IMG/VR virus record: IMGVR_UViG_3300005573_000193
Location: 1-35,896 of that record
From: a virus
Lineage: Duplodnaviria; Caudoviricetes
Direction: 5' to 3' (one strand)
DNA: 35,896 nt
In this document: positions 1 through 9,663 of the stretch, one piece after another
How the letters are laid out: every line of letters begins with the position of its first letter
Position numbering within the stretch: the stretch's first letter is position 1
Translations under genes and position numbers: made by a program
Notes under the pieces: model-generated
Told to the model about the DNA's origin: nothing
The model's database searches: none
What the model saw: only the letters and a program-made list of their open reading frames with translations

Positions 1-168
1 AATATAACCAGTGTAGGCAGAATAGCATTGTTTGACACTGCTATATCTGAGTCTTATGAAGGACTTACTGGAGAACCAGCGCTTGACGCTTACAAACAGG
101 TTCCTGCTTGGACAACTGTTTGGCCTTCTGACCTTTCTGCATCTAACGTGCAGGGAGGCGTTGCATAA
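1..168 (+). CDS. 3' end of a truncated gene, possibly the major capsid protein of a second phage
   Basis: Open frame from base 1 to TAA at 166-168 (NITSVGRIALFD...VQGGVA*), followed by a terminator and by genes typical of the post-capsid region. Product inferred from context only. Confidence 0.4.
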   Translation, partial: NITSVGRIALFDTAISESYEGLTGEPALDAYKQVPAWTTVWPSDLSASNVQGGVA

Positions 169-210
169 CCTTTTGCTAATCGCTTAATCCTCTTCTCCCT
201 TTTGGTGGAT

Positions 211-260
211 GACCCGGTGGCCGGTTACAACAACCAACCCACCGGGTCTTTCCTTTTTTT
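211..260 (+). terminator. Intrinsic terminator
   Basis: GACCCGGTGG (211-220) pairs with CCACCGGGTC (239-248), followed by TTTCCTTTTTT. Confidence 0.8.
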
Positions 261-287
261 ACTAGTTGTTTTCAACAATAACTTGTC

Positions 288-316
288 TTGACAGAATACA
301 AGTTTCTAGTTATCTT
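288..316 (+). promoter_or_regulatory. Sigma70-type promoter
   Basis: TTGACA-17 bp-TATCTT upstream of the ATG at 332. Confidence 0.65.
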
Positions 317-331
317 TAGTTTAGAGATAAC

Positions 332-895
332 ATGGAGGATACCTATATAGTAGTGTTGAAAGACCCAACAAAGAATCCTATTGCTGAATATTGCCCCGCA
401 GTACGGGTTGCTGAGCGATGGCATCAGGTTGATATAGCTGGTCAATGGAGAGACCCTGGATATACATTTAAGGTTAATTCAGAGTCTAAACCAAAGTATT
501 TAAAAGATTTGATTAGACTAGGTCTGGTAGTGAAGACAGATTCGGAGGAAACAATGTCTTGGGTGGTAACTAACAAATCCAGGTTTAATGTCGCTTTCGA
601 AGGTAAGTATCTTAAGCCTAATGAATCTATACACCTAGCAGAGCTTACTGAACCTGTTATGAGGCTTATTAACGCCGGCAAACTTGTTTGTTCTTCTTCC
701 AAAGAGCTAAGCTGTGAATATTTCTTTGAAACTGCACCTTTCACAGTTGAGTTTGTTCCAATACTTGATCTAAAAGAATTAAATCACGATCAATTGACGG
801 CATTTTTGACTGATTATGGTATAGAGTTTGATCCAACTATGTCAATTGAACAGTTGCGAGAGTTGGCACTTTCACATTTAGAGAAGGCGGCTTAA
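332..895 (+). CDS. Hypothetical virion-region protein with C-terminal HeH/Rho-N-like helical motif
   Basis: 187 aa ORF; C-terminal LKELNHDQLTAFLTDYGIEFDPTMSIEQLRELAL resembles the helix-extension-helix domains often encoded after capsid genes. Confidence 0.6.
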   Translation: MEDTYIVVLKDPTKNPIAEYCPAVRVAERWHQVDIAGQWRDPGYTFKVNSESKPKYLKDLIRLGLVVKTDSEETMSWVVTNKSRFNVAFEGKYLKPNESIHLAELTEPVMRLINAGKLVCSSSKELSCEYFFETAPFTVEFVPILDLKELNHDQLTAFLTDYGIEFDPTMSIEQLRELALSHLEKAA

Positions 896-896
896 A

Positions 897-1679
897 ATGA
901 CAAAGACTAGATTCAGACAGGATGAGTTGGCTTATTGGGATCTTTATTTCAAAGATAAAAACGGGAACTACGTTTGGCCTGAGAAATTTTCAGCTGATAT
1001 TTATGACTCTGATGGTAATCTTCAGACCAATGTAGCAGAGAATGGTGATGTGAGTTACTCACAAAAAACCGATTCTAATGGTCACAAATGTATCCACATA
1101 AGTAAAATACCAATTGATAATTACTCTGAGGGAGTTGTTACTATAAAATCCAAAGTAACTATTGATGGTCTTAGCAAAGAGGTAAGTGAGTCTGCGTTTG
1201 AGGTATCGTTTTATACACCTATAAACTCTATAGGTGTGGATTCTATGGTCAGAAAAGTCAGAAGGTTCCTTAGAGATCATAAGGAGCTTAATGAACTTCT
1301 AGGGGACTATGAATCCACAGATGAGTCTATCAAAGAAGCTATCAGAGAAGCTATATCTGATTACAACACTGAGCCACCTTTAATTGAATCGATTTCTCTG
1401 AATAGTTTTCCTTCAGGTGCTGATGGGATATTAGTTTTAGGGGCATCTTATCACATACTTAATTCTGTTTTAAATTGGAGAGCCAGAGAAGGGCTTCCGT
1501 TTTCTGATGGTAAGATGAACATGGACCCAATAGGCGGTCCTGCAAATGCACAAAACAATAGATTACAGACACTCTATCAGATTTACAAGGATCGTCTAAG
1601 AAGATTTAAGATGCTTAGAAATATTGATTCAATGTATGATTCTGTTGAATGGTTATATGATACTTGGTTTTATTTTTAG
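897..1679 (+). CDS. Putative head-tail adaptor/neck protein (second phage)
   Basis: 260 aa; beta-rich N-half plus helical C-half (VRRFLRD..ELNELL..ESTDESI..AI..YN..PP) reminiscent of phage connector proteins; position after the putative capsid gene. Confidence 0.45.
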   Translation: MTKTRFRQDELAYWDLYFKDKNGNYVWPEKFSADIYDSDGNLQTNVAENGDVSYSQKTDSNGHKCIHISKIPIDNYSEGVVTIKSKVTIDGLSKEVSESAFEVSFYTPINSIGVDSMVRKVRRFLRDHKELNELLGDYESTDESIKEAIREAISDYNTEPPLIESISLNSFPSGADGILVLGASYHILNSVLNWRAREGLPFSDGKMNMDPIGGPANAQNNRLQTLYQIYKDRLRRFKMLRNIDSMYDSVEWLYDTWFYF

Positions 1680-1694
1680 TAAAAGGAGGTTAAC

Positions 1695-2018
1695 ATGGGT
1701 AACGAGAATACAATTAATAATGAGAACCAGGAATTGACAGAGACTCAACCGGTAGAACAGACTCCTGAACCTTTGCCAGATTTAAGCATGTTTTCAGGAG
1801 ATCAGGAACGAGAGGCATTAGAAGACGGCATTTTGAAGTATGGCGGATTGCTAGATGCTGCGGACAAGGTGAGTAATATTCTTGCAGGATCAATACTCGG
1901 CCAAATTGATTCCAAAGCAGCTGAAGAACAGACCCTTGAGGATGTGGCTGCCCAACTTGGAGAGATGCTTGCTGTAAGCATTTACACAGATCTACTTTAT
2001 GGCTATCCGCAAGAATGA
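1695..2018 (+). CDS. Acidic hypothetical protein
   Basis: 107 aa, strong RBS AAGGAGGT. Confidence 0.75.
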   Translation: MGNENTINNENQELTETQPVEQTPEPLPDLSMFSGDQEREALEDGILKYGGLLDAADKVSNILAGSILGQIDSKAAEEQTLEDVAAQLGEMLAVSIYTDLLYGYPQE

Positions 2019-2224
2019 AAACAAAAGTGGTTGTAAGTGACGAAAATGGGGACCTGTTAATATTTGAATTTGTGGTTCCTGAGTGTTCTTGTGCGCACAC
2101 AAAAGAACAAGGGCGTAAAGAATTTTTCAGACTGTTCGGCAATGAATATGCAGCTTTCTGTTCTCATTGTGGGAAAGAACTGGTAAGAACTAAACCAATT
2201 GAGACAGCTAGTTCAACATTATAA
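2015..2224 (+). CDS. Small Cys-rich (CxC...CxxC) protein, homolog of 34490..34708
   Basis: ATGA overlap with the upstream stop; aligns by eye with the 72-aa ORF at 34490 (FEF...CxC...K.GxxE...CxxCxxEL). Confidence 0.75.
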   Translation: MKTKVVVSDENGDLLIFEFVVPECSCAHTKEQGRKEFFRLFGNEYAAFCSHCGKELVRTKPIETASSTL

Positions 2225-2251
2225 GAAATGTGATTCTAGGGGCAATTATAG

Positions 2252-4447
2252 ATGACATTAGAAAAACAAATAAGTTATTCTCAAGCAACTCTTAATCCAG
2301 AAACTGAACTGGAAAAGTTTGAGAATAATTCAAAAATAAGGCTCAAACCTTTGAATAATCTTGGTGCTCTTTGGCATTGTGATGATACTGATGGGTATGT
2401 TTATGGTGATTCAATTTATACGATTTCAATTAAAGATACCTGTTATGGTTTAAGACTTCACGCAATAGGTGGATATACTTATACTCAAACAACAACAAAA
2501 AAGCTAGGGACAAGAGCGGTTGTAAGTTATCGTGGTGGGTTAGCTGGTCATCTACCAGCTGATATTTTACAAAATCCCCCTAAATCTTGGACTGTAGAAC
2601 TATTTTTCAGATGGGATGATATATTATATGCAGGCAATTATTTTTTATTCGGTCAATGGGATAATCTCCGTGATCAAGGAAAACTTTGGAGGTTAGTAGC
2701 TACTACTGATGCTACTGCTAATACTATTACTGCTCTTATTTTTGAGATGTATGATAGCACTGACACTTTAAAGAGTTTTACTGTTACTTTAGGAACTCCG
2801 CTTCAACCAAATACTTGGTATCACATATCAGCTAGTTATAATTCAGAGACAGGTATTGCTAATATATTTGTAGATGGAACAAGTATAGGTTCTCAAAATC
2901 TAGGCATAATGAGGTCAAGCCCGAATAAACAGGCATTGACTTTTCATTGTATAGTTCAGAACGGGTCTTTAAATCAAGCATCAGTTTATAATAATAATTT
3001 TTATGATGAAATTTGTATTTGGAATTATGCCCGCTCTGCGAATTTTACTCCGCCTACTTCTCCAATTATCCCATTCAGTATAACTCATCCGACAGCAACT
3101 GTTATATTGGATAGCGGGTATATAGACACTAATTGGAATGTTAATTCTTTGACATTTTTTGATGAAACCTATTGGAATTCAGGTAATCTTAAAATCAGAG
3201 GATCCGCCGGAAATACAGAACCAACATTATCCGGCGACCCAATGACACTAGCTGAGTTCAGGAACTATGGTTTTATGACTGGGCGGTATCTCAAACTAGA
3301 ATTCACTTTTATCTCTGATGGAAATCAGCAGGTAGAATTAACAGCGGGAGATATAGAGTTTAGTATTGCAGGTCCGTCCAAACCGGTAATCAGCAATTTT
3401 TCAAGGAATGGAGATACAGGGTCTTGCGAGGTATCAGGTGTAGACGATGATACCATAGTTTATGCTTATTGCCGTAAAGATTTTGATCCGCACTGCCCGA
3501 AGAAACTCATTGGGCAACGCATTGGAAACGGGACAATTACTCTTGATTATTCTCAGTTTAAGATCAATCTTGGAAGTGGTTTGGGCAATATAGAGCTATA
3601 TTATCCGGGCAAGACTTATCTTGTTGCATATAAGAACGGGCTCTGGAGCGCAGACTCTGATTATGCAGAGCCGACATTTTTTACCTTTGACGCTCCGACA
3701 ATTTCAAACTACAAACGCACTGCATCCACCGCTACATTCACGGTATCTGGTATGACTACAGGAATGAGGATGCTTGTGATGTGGACTGATGTCAACAACG
3801 AAATACAATCTCTGATGATCACTGAAGATGGGAATTATGAGATAACCGGGCTGAGACAGGACTGGAATTATACTTTTATTCCTATCCTTAATCCTGTCTC
3901 TGGTCAAATAGGTTTCGCTTTACCATTCGGGGATACTCCAACGACTCCACCGACAACCGGACCGATTAAAGAGAGGATAGTTCAAAATATCGTTGACACC
4001 CTCGCCGGGATAAAGCCGGCTTATGGATATTATACAGATGTCAAGGAAGTTGAGAGGATTAAGCGGTCTATGAGTGCAGGTGCGGTTGGGGATCGGCTTG
4101 GCAAGTCTTTATTTCCGCATCTATTTGTGATTATCCAAGAAGAGTCTACGCTTGCGCAAATTCTCCACGCAGATTTCGGGTATTCTGACCAGCAGTTGAA
4201 TATACTAATTTGCGGATGGCTGGATGATGACGAGATAGAGGAGGCTTGCACCAAACTGATAAGCGATATTGAAAAAGCCTTATTAGCGGACATCACACGC
4301 GGAGGTTTAGCGTGGCTGACTGAAATAAAATCCAAGAATTGGGAGGTAGACGAGAGCAAGGTTATTAAGCAACAACCGATGGGCTTGATTTATATCTCGG
4401 TTGTGGTAAAATATAGACATAAGTATGGAGACCCAAATACTCAATAA
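2252..4447 (+). CDS. LamG/ConA-like domain + Ig/FN3-like domains + C-terminal tail terminator-like domain (possibly chimeric as assembled)
   Basis: LamG-3 motifs SWTVELFF, NTWYHISASY, IFVDG, YDEICIWNYARS. C-terminal ~160 aa (KERIVQNIVDTLAGI...GYYTDV...LISDIEKAL...TRGGLA...VKYRH..DP) fits lambda gpU-like terminators and directly precedes the tail tube gene. Confidence 0.7.
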   Translation: MTLEKQISYSQATLNPETELEKFENNSKIRLKPLNNLGALWHCDDTDGYVYGDSIYTISIKDTCYGLRLHAIGGYTYTQTTTKKLGTRAVVSYRGGLAGHLPADILQNPPKSWTVELFFRWDDILYAGNYFLFGQWDNLRDQGKLWRLVATTDATANTITALIFEMYDSTDTLKSFTVTLGTPLQPNTWYHISASYNSETGIANIFVDGTSIGSQNLGIMRSSPNKQALTFHCIVQNGSLNQASVYNNNFYDEICIWNYARSANFTPPTSPIIPFSITHPTATVILDSGYIDTNWNVNSLTFFDETYWNSGNLKIRGSAGNTEPTLSGDPMTLAEFRNYGFMTGRYLKLEFTFISDGNQQVELTAGDIEFSIAGPSKPVISNFSRNGDTGSCEVSGVDDDTIVYAYCRKDFDPHCPKKLIGQRIGNGTITLDYSQFKINLGSGLGNIELYYPGKTYLVAYKNGLWSADSDYAEPTFFTFDAPTISNYKRTASTATFTVSGMTTGMRMLVMWTDVNNEIQSLMITEDGNYEITGLRQDWNYTFIPILNPVSGQIGFALPFGDTPTTPPTTGPIKERIVQNIVDTLAGIKPAYGYYTDVKEVERIKRSMSAGAVGDRLGKSLFPHLFVIIQEESTLAQILHADFGYSDQQLNILICGWLDDDEIEEACTKLISDIEKALLADITRGGLAWLTEIKSKNWEVDESKVIKQQPMGLIYISVVVKYRHKYGDPNTQ
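3380..3534 (+). repeat. Direct repeat, copy 1 (matches the window end)
   Basis: 155 bp identical to 35742-35896 except TG/GA at 3439-3440; more diverged homology extends upstream (about 3160-3360 vs 35516-35716). Confidence 0.95.
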
Positions 4448-4462
4448 AGGAGGAAAAGAAAA

Positions 4463-5419
4463 ATGGCAGTAAATCCTGTAAGATTATCGGCAAAACATCA
4501 GCTGGCTATTGCTCTGGAAACTAGTCCCGGAGTAATGGAAACTCTGGACGAGGGCGATGTGCTCTTCATCCCGAACGAATTATCATTCAAAACAGAACTG
4601 GATCAAAAGGAACGGAAACTGGTCAAGCCTTTTCTTGGGGCAGACCCCCCTACTCCAGGTCTTAAAAAGTGCACCGTGAGCATAAGTCTTGATATGATTG
4701 GCTCTGGAACGCCTACAACGCCACCTCCGTGGGCAATCCTGATGACCTTGCTAGGTTTTAAGGGATCGGCAGGCACTAATAAATATACTTGGACGCTGGA
4801 AAGCACCCCAGCTATAGCTACCGCAACCGTCTGGTCAAACCGGGGCGGACTACGGCGTCGTGGAAGGGGCTTATGTGCGGTTTCTGGGAAAATTTCTGGC
4901 GAAGTTGGGAGACCTGCGGAGTTAAGCGTAGAGCTTCAAGGGGCTTATGATGGGTATGAGGACGCAGAGCCTTTTAGCCAAACCCTCCCTCGTCCAGTTC
5001 CACCTGTAGTCAATGCTGGAGCGTTCACGCTCGGAGGGTCATACTCTCCATTCATCAGCAAATGGGAGCTTACTATTGCAAACACTTTGGCGTGGAGGAT
5101 CAAGCCGGATGCGTCTTCATTGATTTATTTTACGGAGATTACATCCAGAAGATTTTCCGTAACGCTTGCACCAGAAATAGAAGCCCTCTCTACCCGTGAT
5201 TGGCTGGACTCTCTTGAAAGTATGACAGAGGAAGCGTTAGAGATCACGATAGGGTCAGAAGCTGGCAATAAGTTCAGGATTACGGCGCCGAATGCGGTAG
5301 TGGTAAAGGCTGGAGAGGAAAACGATGAAGAGGGCAAGATGACAGATGCAGTGGAGCTTTTGCTTACCCCATCATACGAGACCGGCGGGAATGACGAGAT
5401 TACTATAGAACAATTATAG
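4463..5419 (+). CDS. Major tail (tube) protein
   Basis: 318 aa beta-rich protein, N-terminal LAIALETSPG pattern, strong RBS; lies between terminator-like and chaperone/tape measure genes; no sheath gene seen. Confidence 0.8.
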   Translation: MAVNPVRLSAKHQLAIALETSPGVMETLDEGDVLFIPNELSFKTELDQKERKLVKPFLGADPPTPGLKKCTVSISLDMIGSGTPTTPPPWAILMTLLGFKGSAGTNKYTWTLESTPAIATATVWSNRGGLRRRGRGLCAVSGKISGEVGRPAELSVELQGAYDGYEDAEPFSQTLPRPVPPVVNAGAFTLGGSYSPFISKWELTIANTLAWRIKPDASSLIYFTEITSRRFSVTLAPEIEALSTRDWLDSLESMTEEALEITIGSEAGNKFRITAPNAVVVKAGEENDEEGKMTDAVELLLTPSYETGGNDEITIEQL

Positions 5420-5434
5420 GAAAGGAGAAAGCCG

Positions 5435-5911
5435 ATGGAAAAACCGAATATCATCTTATTACCGGGGCAGAGCAGGAATTATACACCTGAAGAGTATATG
5501 TCTCTGCCAGAAGCGCAACGCCCAGTATTTAGGATCACATCCTTGACTGTATCCCAAGCGATTGAGTGTCGGAAAAGAATGGGTGCGATTATCAAGCCAA
5601 GAGACAAGGACGATCTTGACGCAATTACTCTGGAGTTCTATGTCTGGGTATGCGACAAGGGAGTTCTTGGATGGTCAAACCTTCGGGATGAAGCTGGAAA
5701 CATATCCAAGCTGGAGAAGCGAACCGGTCCCGAAGATATTGACTTGATACCATTTAGCCTAATTCTAGGACTGGCGCACGCCATCCTGATTACATCTGGG
5801 ATCATAGCTGAACCAAAAAAAGAGAATGGCTCTCAGTCGCCCTCGGATACTATCTTGGAAAAATCAACCTCACCTGCGACGGATGCCCCGTCAAGTGGCG
5901 AGAGCGTCTAG
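5435..5911 (+). CDS. Tail assembly chaperone (gpG-like)
   Basis: Between tube and tape measure genes; GVLGWSNLRDEAG motif; slippery A AAA AAA at 5815-5821. Confidence 0.8.
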   Translation: MEKPNIILLPGQSRNYTPEEYMSLPEAQRPVFRITSLTVSQAIECRKRMGAIIKPRDKDDLDAITLEFYVWVCDKGVLGWSNLRDEAGNISKLEKRTGPEDIDLIPFSLILGLAHAILITSGIIAEPKKENGSQSPSDTILEKSTSPATDAPSSGESV

Positions 5912-6168
5912 GGTGCGAGAGGGAGACTGATGAGCCGGTCTATAATTTTGCTCGGCTATTCCCTATCTATCGCTGTCCTGTTCGGTATATGGATGATGGG
6001 ACGATTGAAGATTTTCTCCGTCTTGTGTCCCAAGTTGATAAATATGGAGTCTGGCCAGCAGAAGGCGGTCCCGCCCAACAGACAGCGTGGTTCTGGTATA
6101 ATTATTGGGAGTTGCGATGGATGATAAACCAAGTCCATACACTGGAGGCAAAGGAAGATGGCGGTTAG
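5435..6168 (+). CDS. Tail assembly chaperone, -1 frameshift product (gpGT-like)
   Basis: After A AAA AAA the -1 frame stays open for 115 codons to TAG 6166-6168 (REWLSVALGYYLGKINLTCDGC...GVWPAEGGPAQQ...), overlapping the tape measure start. Confidence 0.8.
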
Positions 6169-8920
6169 CGAAGAGGAACTCAGGTTTATTATTAGCGCAG
6201 TTGATAATTTTAGCGTAACGCTGGAAAAATTCCAGACCAAGCTTAAACAACAAGATGCTGGCGTCAAATCTCTTTTCCCAACCTTCTCTGCTTTTGGAAA
6301 AGGCATTTCCTCTTTGACTTCAGCCATCACCGGCGTAATTAAACCCGCAATGATAGTGAGCGCAACCATTGCAGGATGGGCTTATTCTTTTGAAAAAGTT
6401 GCTGGAGCAGTATTGACAACCGGAGAGCGTTGGCAACGATTCAGAATGAGTCTTATCCAGTCGCTTGGCAGTGCAGAAGCGGCCGAAGAGGGGCTTAAGA
6501 TGGTTCAAAGAGCCGCTGAGAATATGTCCGAAACAGAAGAGACTGTAATTGCGGCTTTTGTCAGAATGGCTCCGATAATGCAAATGAATGAAAAAAGATT
6601 GCAAGGTCTATCTGGCGCGGCCGGTAGTTTCGGAATGAGTATGGAGCTAATGGCTGAACAAATGCACCGCTTTATCGTGGGTGGTATTGGAGCCGCAGAC
6701 TTGCTTCGGGAAAGGGGGGCATTTGTAGTTCTGCAACGCCAAGCGCAACAGCTTGGAATTCAGTGGGAGAAAATGAGTCGCCAGCAGAGGGAATTACTCG
6801 CCACTAAATTCATTGAGGAATATGCCGCCGCTGGAAGAATGGCTCTTTATACTTGGTCTGGGTCTTGGGCGGGGATTATAGATTATGTAGACAAGTTCAA
6901 GAAAATGGTAGCTGATGCTGGTTTCTATGATAAAATGGTCGGATTGACTAATGTTATATACGAAGAACTCAAGAAAGTATTTCAAACCGATAGCGTAAAA
7001 GAGCTTGCTAAAATGGTGTCCACTTTCCTTTGGGATACTGTCAAGATTGTGGGATACACTTGTGCATTCATTAAAGACGCTGTCGTTCTTATAAAGAATT
7101 ATATTTATGCCCATTTGATAAATCCAGTTAAAATAGCGGTGGACGCGTTGCTTCTTTCCATCTCATCTGCTATTGCCGGGGTCCTTACTGTGGCTAACAA
7201 GGTGGTTCAGCATCTTCCAGGCGTCTCTAAAGAATTTAAGAATTCTCTTGCTGGTATAACTCAAGAGTGGCAAGGGAAAATGAAAACAGCGGCAGGGATG
7301 TTAAAAGAAGAAACCGTCAACCAAATGGACCTTTTGCGAGGCGGTTTGCAAAGAGGGATGGGGGCGATGTATGATTTCTACGACATCACTAGTCAAGTGC
7401 CTGGAAAGATTAAAGAAGCCAGCGTGTTTATGGCGCAACAAGCAGATATAATCAAGAAAAACAGAGAAGAGACCGAAAAATTTCTGCGTGCACATGATAA
7501 AATCTACGACAGAGAGATGAAAAAACTGGACGAACTGAAGGCAAAAAAACAGATCACCGATGAAGAGTATGAGGCAGAGCATAGGAGGCTACTTGCTGAA
7601 CACTATAAGAGAGAAGAAGACGCGCGAGATAAAGATGTGAAGTCGCTTAAAGAACATCAAAGAGAGATGCAAGAGGCTTGGGAAAAATACTATAAAGTTG
7701 TTGAAGATTTAAGGACTCCAAAAGAAAAGCTGGAACAGGAATACAATGAGAAAATGATGGCGATTGATAGAGCAGAAGAGGTGGCGAAAGAGGAATTGGA
7801 GAAGGAAAGAGAAAAGGCTGAGAAGAGTGGAAAATTCAATGAAAAAGAGTTTAATGAAAAGCTTATCCAGTTGCAAAACGAATTTAATGAACAGCGCATT
7901 CGTTTAATAGAAAAATATGATAAAGAGAAGGCGGCGCTTTCAGAAAGAGAATATCAGGACGAATACGGGGATTTTCTCAGGCTCCACGATCAGCTTTTAG
8001 ACGAGCAAACGAGATACGAAGAAGAATACAAGAAAAATCTTGCTATTCTTGAGGCGGCTCAAAAGTCTTCTGATGAAACAATAGCTAAACAAGCCACTGA
8101 AGATTTGGTGAAATTAAATGCATTAAGAGAGCAAAAGATGCAGGAATTCTATGAGAAACAGCTTGCCGATATTGAAGCTATTCACGAGGATCTCAAATCG
8201 GAAGAGGAAAGACAACTGGATGAACAAGCGAAAGAACTAAAAAGGCGAATAGATACCTTGCAAGAGGCTCTGAAAGAGCCGACAAAATATCAAGGACTGA
8301 ACATAGAACAGACCAAAGCAGACCTTGATGCTCTTAATAAACAATATATTCTTGCTACCTCTAAAGGAATGAAAATATGGAACAAATATGCCGAGTCTAT
8401 TGATATTGTTTTTACCGCTATTGGCAAAACTTTCGCCAAAATGACGATGCAACTGCTTCGCGGGAAAGAAATAAGTGGAGAGAAATTATTAAAATTCCTT
8501 GTAAAAGAGCTTCGGGCGCAAGCTATAGCCAAAGGTCAAGAGCTGATCATTGACGGTGTCAAGACCGTCCTTATAGGGCTAGCTCAAATGGCGATAACTA
8601 AAGGCGCTGTCGGAGAGGATGCTGTAGCAATAGGTGGTGAAGAGATTGCTACGGGAACAGCGATGGCTGGGGGTGGTGTTCTGTTGGGCAATCTGGCTGG
8701 TCTAAAAGGTGGCAAAGGTGGCAAAGGTGGCGGTGGGGGCGGTGGTGCAGGTGGTTATACCGGTCCGACAGAAGAGGATAAAGGGCATCCACATCGGTCG
8801 GCGCATTATGTTTTCAAGGCGGGTGAAGGGATAGTGCTGAACGAGAGAGAGTTGACCAAGCGCATTCTTCGGCATACCCGCAAGGCATTCAGGTCTAATG
8901 TCACTGTGGAGGTTGTATGA
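6158..8920 (+). CDS. Tail tape measure protein
   Basis: 920 aa, N-terminal ELRFIISAVDNFS motif, long helical/coiled-coil composition, Gly-rich C-terminus, canonical position. Confidence 0.9.
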   Translation: MAVSEEELRFIISAVDNFSVTLEKFQTKLKQQDAGVKSLFPTFSAFGKGISSLTSAITGVIKPAMIVSATIAGWAYSFEKVAGAVLTTGERWQRFRMSLIQSLGSAEAAEEGLKMVQRAAENMSETEETVIAAFVRMAPIMQMNEKRLQGLSGAAGSFGMSMELMAEQMHRFIVGGIGAADLLRERGAFVVLQRQAQQLGIQWEKMSRQQRELLATKFIEEYAAAGRMALYTWSGSWAGIIDYVDKFKKMVADAGFYDKMVGLTNVIYEELKKVFQTDSVKELAKMVSTFLWDTVKIVGYTCAFIKDAVVLIKNYIYAHLINPVKIAVDALLLSISSAIAGVLTVANKVVQHLPGVSKEFKNSLAGITQEWQGKMKTAAGMLKEETVNQMDLLRGGLQRGMGAMYDFYDITSQVPGKIKEASVFMAQQADIIKKNREETEKFLRAHDKIYDREMKKLDELKAKKQITDEEYEAEHRRLLAEHYKREEDARDKDVKSLKEHQREMQEAWEKYYKVVEDLRTPKEKLEQEYNEKMMAIDRAEEVAKEELEKEREKAEKSGKFNEKEFNEKLIQLQNEFNEQRIRLIEKYDKEKAALSEREYQDEYGDFLRLHDQLLDEQTRYEEEYKKNLAILEAAQKSSDETIAKQATEDLVKLNALREQKMQEFYEKQLADIEAIHEDLKSEEERQLDEQAKELKRRIDTLQEALKEPTKYQGLNIEQTKADLDALNKQYILATSKGMKIWNKYAESIDIVFTAIGKTFAKMTMQLLRGKEISGEKLLKFLVKELRAQAIAKGQELIIDGVKTVLIGLAQMAITKGAVGEDAVAIGGEEIATGTAMAGGGVLLGNLAGLKGGKGGKGGGGGGGAGGYTGPTEEDKGHPHRSAHYVFKAGEGIVLNERELTKRILRHTRKAFRSNVTVEVV

Positions 8921-9663
8921 CAAGTCCAGCAAAATTCTGGCTTGAAAATCTTGTCCCGATGGCGACTATAACTGCCACTTCGGAGAATGGGGAGAACCTT
9001 GCGGATAATCTCAAAACTTGGCGCTCATATTTGATTTGGGAGGCAACATCGGGCGACGAGCAGACATTAAAATTTGTCTTCAATGAAAATGTTGCGCCAG
9101 AAGCCTGCCTGATTTACGGGTCAAACCTTAGCGGGAAAACGCTAACAGTTGCCTACTCTGACAACGATTTGGACTGGACAACTGTAGGGACTCTTAATGT
9201 AAATGCGCGTGGCTCTGGCTATCTGAATATCTCCACTGCAGGCGAGCATAAGTATTGGAAAATTATCATTCCGCCAGTTTCAGTTCCAGCGCAGATCGCT
9301 ATCGTTTATCTTGGCTCGGAAATAGAAGCTCCGACTTATTTTGAGGTTGGGAGCTTTGATCCCCTTGCCTATTCGGTGGAAGCCCGTGCTCTATGGAGTT
9401 TGGGCGGGAAACGGTTGGGAACGACTGAGAAAATTCGGAAGCGGAATTGGACATTGAGTTTCACTCAATTCCCTACCGCGTGGGTAGATACTTATTTTGA
9501 GAGATTTATGGACGCCGAAGCTATGCTGTGGTGCTGGGAGCCGGACGAGTATATCTCGGACATCTTTCTGGCATTCATAGTTCCAGACCAAAAGAGAACT
9601 GCTCCATTTTCGGGTCCGGGTAGACGAGATATGGTGATTGAATTGGAGGGAGAGTATGCCTGA
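8917..9663 (+). CDS. Putative distal tail protein with discoidin-like N-domain
   Basis: Immediately after the tape measure gene; VAYSDNDLDW and HKYWKIII motifs typical of F5/8-like folds. Confidence 0.6.
   Translation: MTSPAKFWLENLVPMATITATSENGENLADNLKTWRSYLIWEATSGDEQTLKFVFNENVAPEACLIYGSNLSGKTLTVAYSDNDLDWTTVGTLNVNARGSGYLNISTAGEHKYWKIIIPPVSVPAQIAIVYLGSEIEAPTYFEVGSFDPLAYSVEARALWSLGGKRLGTTEKIRKRNWTLSFTQFPTAWVDTYFERFMDAEAMLWCWEPDEYISDIFLAFIVPDQKRTAPFSGPGRRDMVIELEGEYA

Noticed and set aside
3160-3534. Diversity-generating retroelement TR/VR pair or invertase shufflon for the two LamG alleles
   Set aside because: Differences are not adenine-specific, the copies are in direct orientation, and no reverse transcriptase or invertase is present.
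5930-6124. 64-aa + strand ORF from the track
   Set aside because: Overlaps the better-supported -1 frameshift chaperone frame.
8705-8750. AAAGGTGGC x3 repeat
   Set aside because: Simply encodes the Gly/Lys linker of the tape measure C-terminus.
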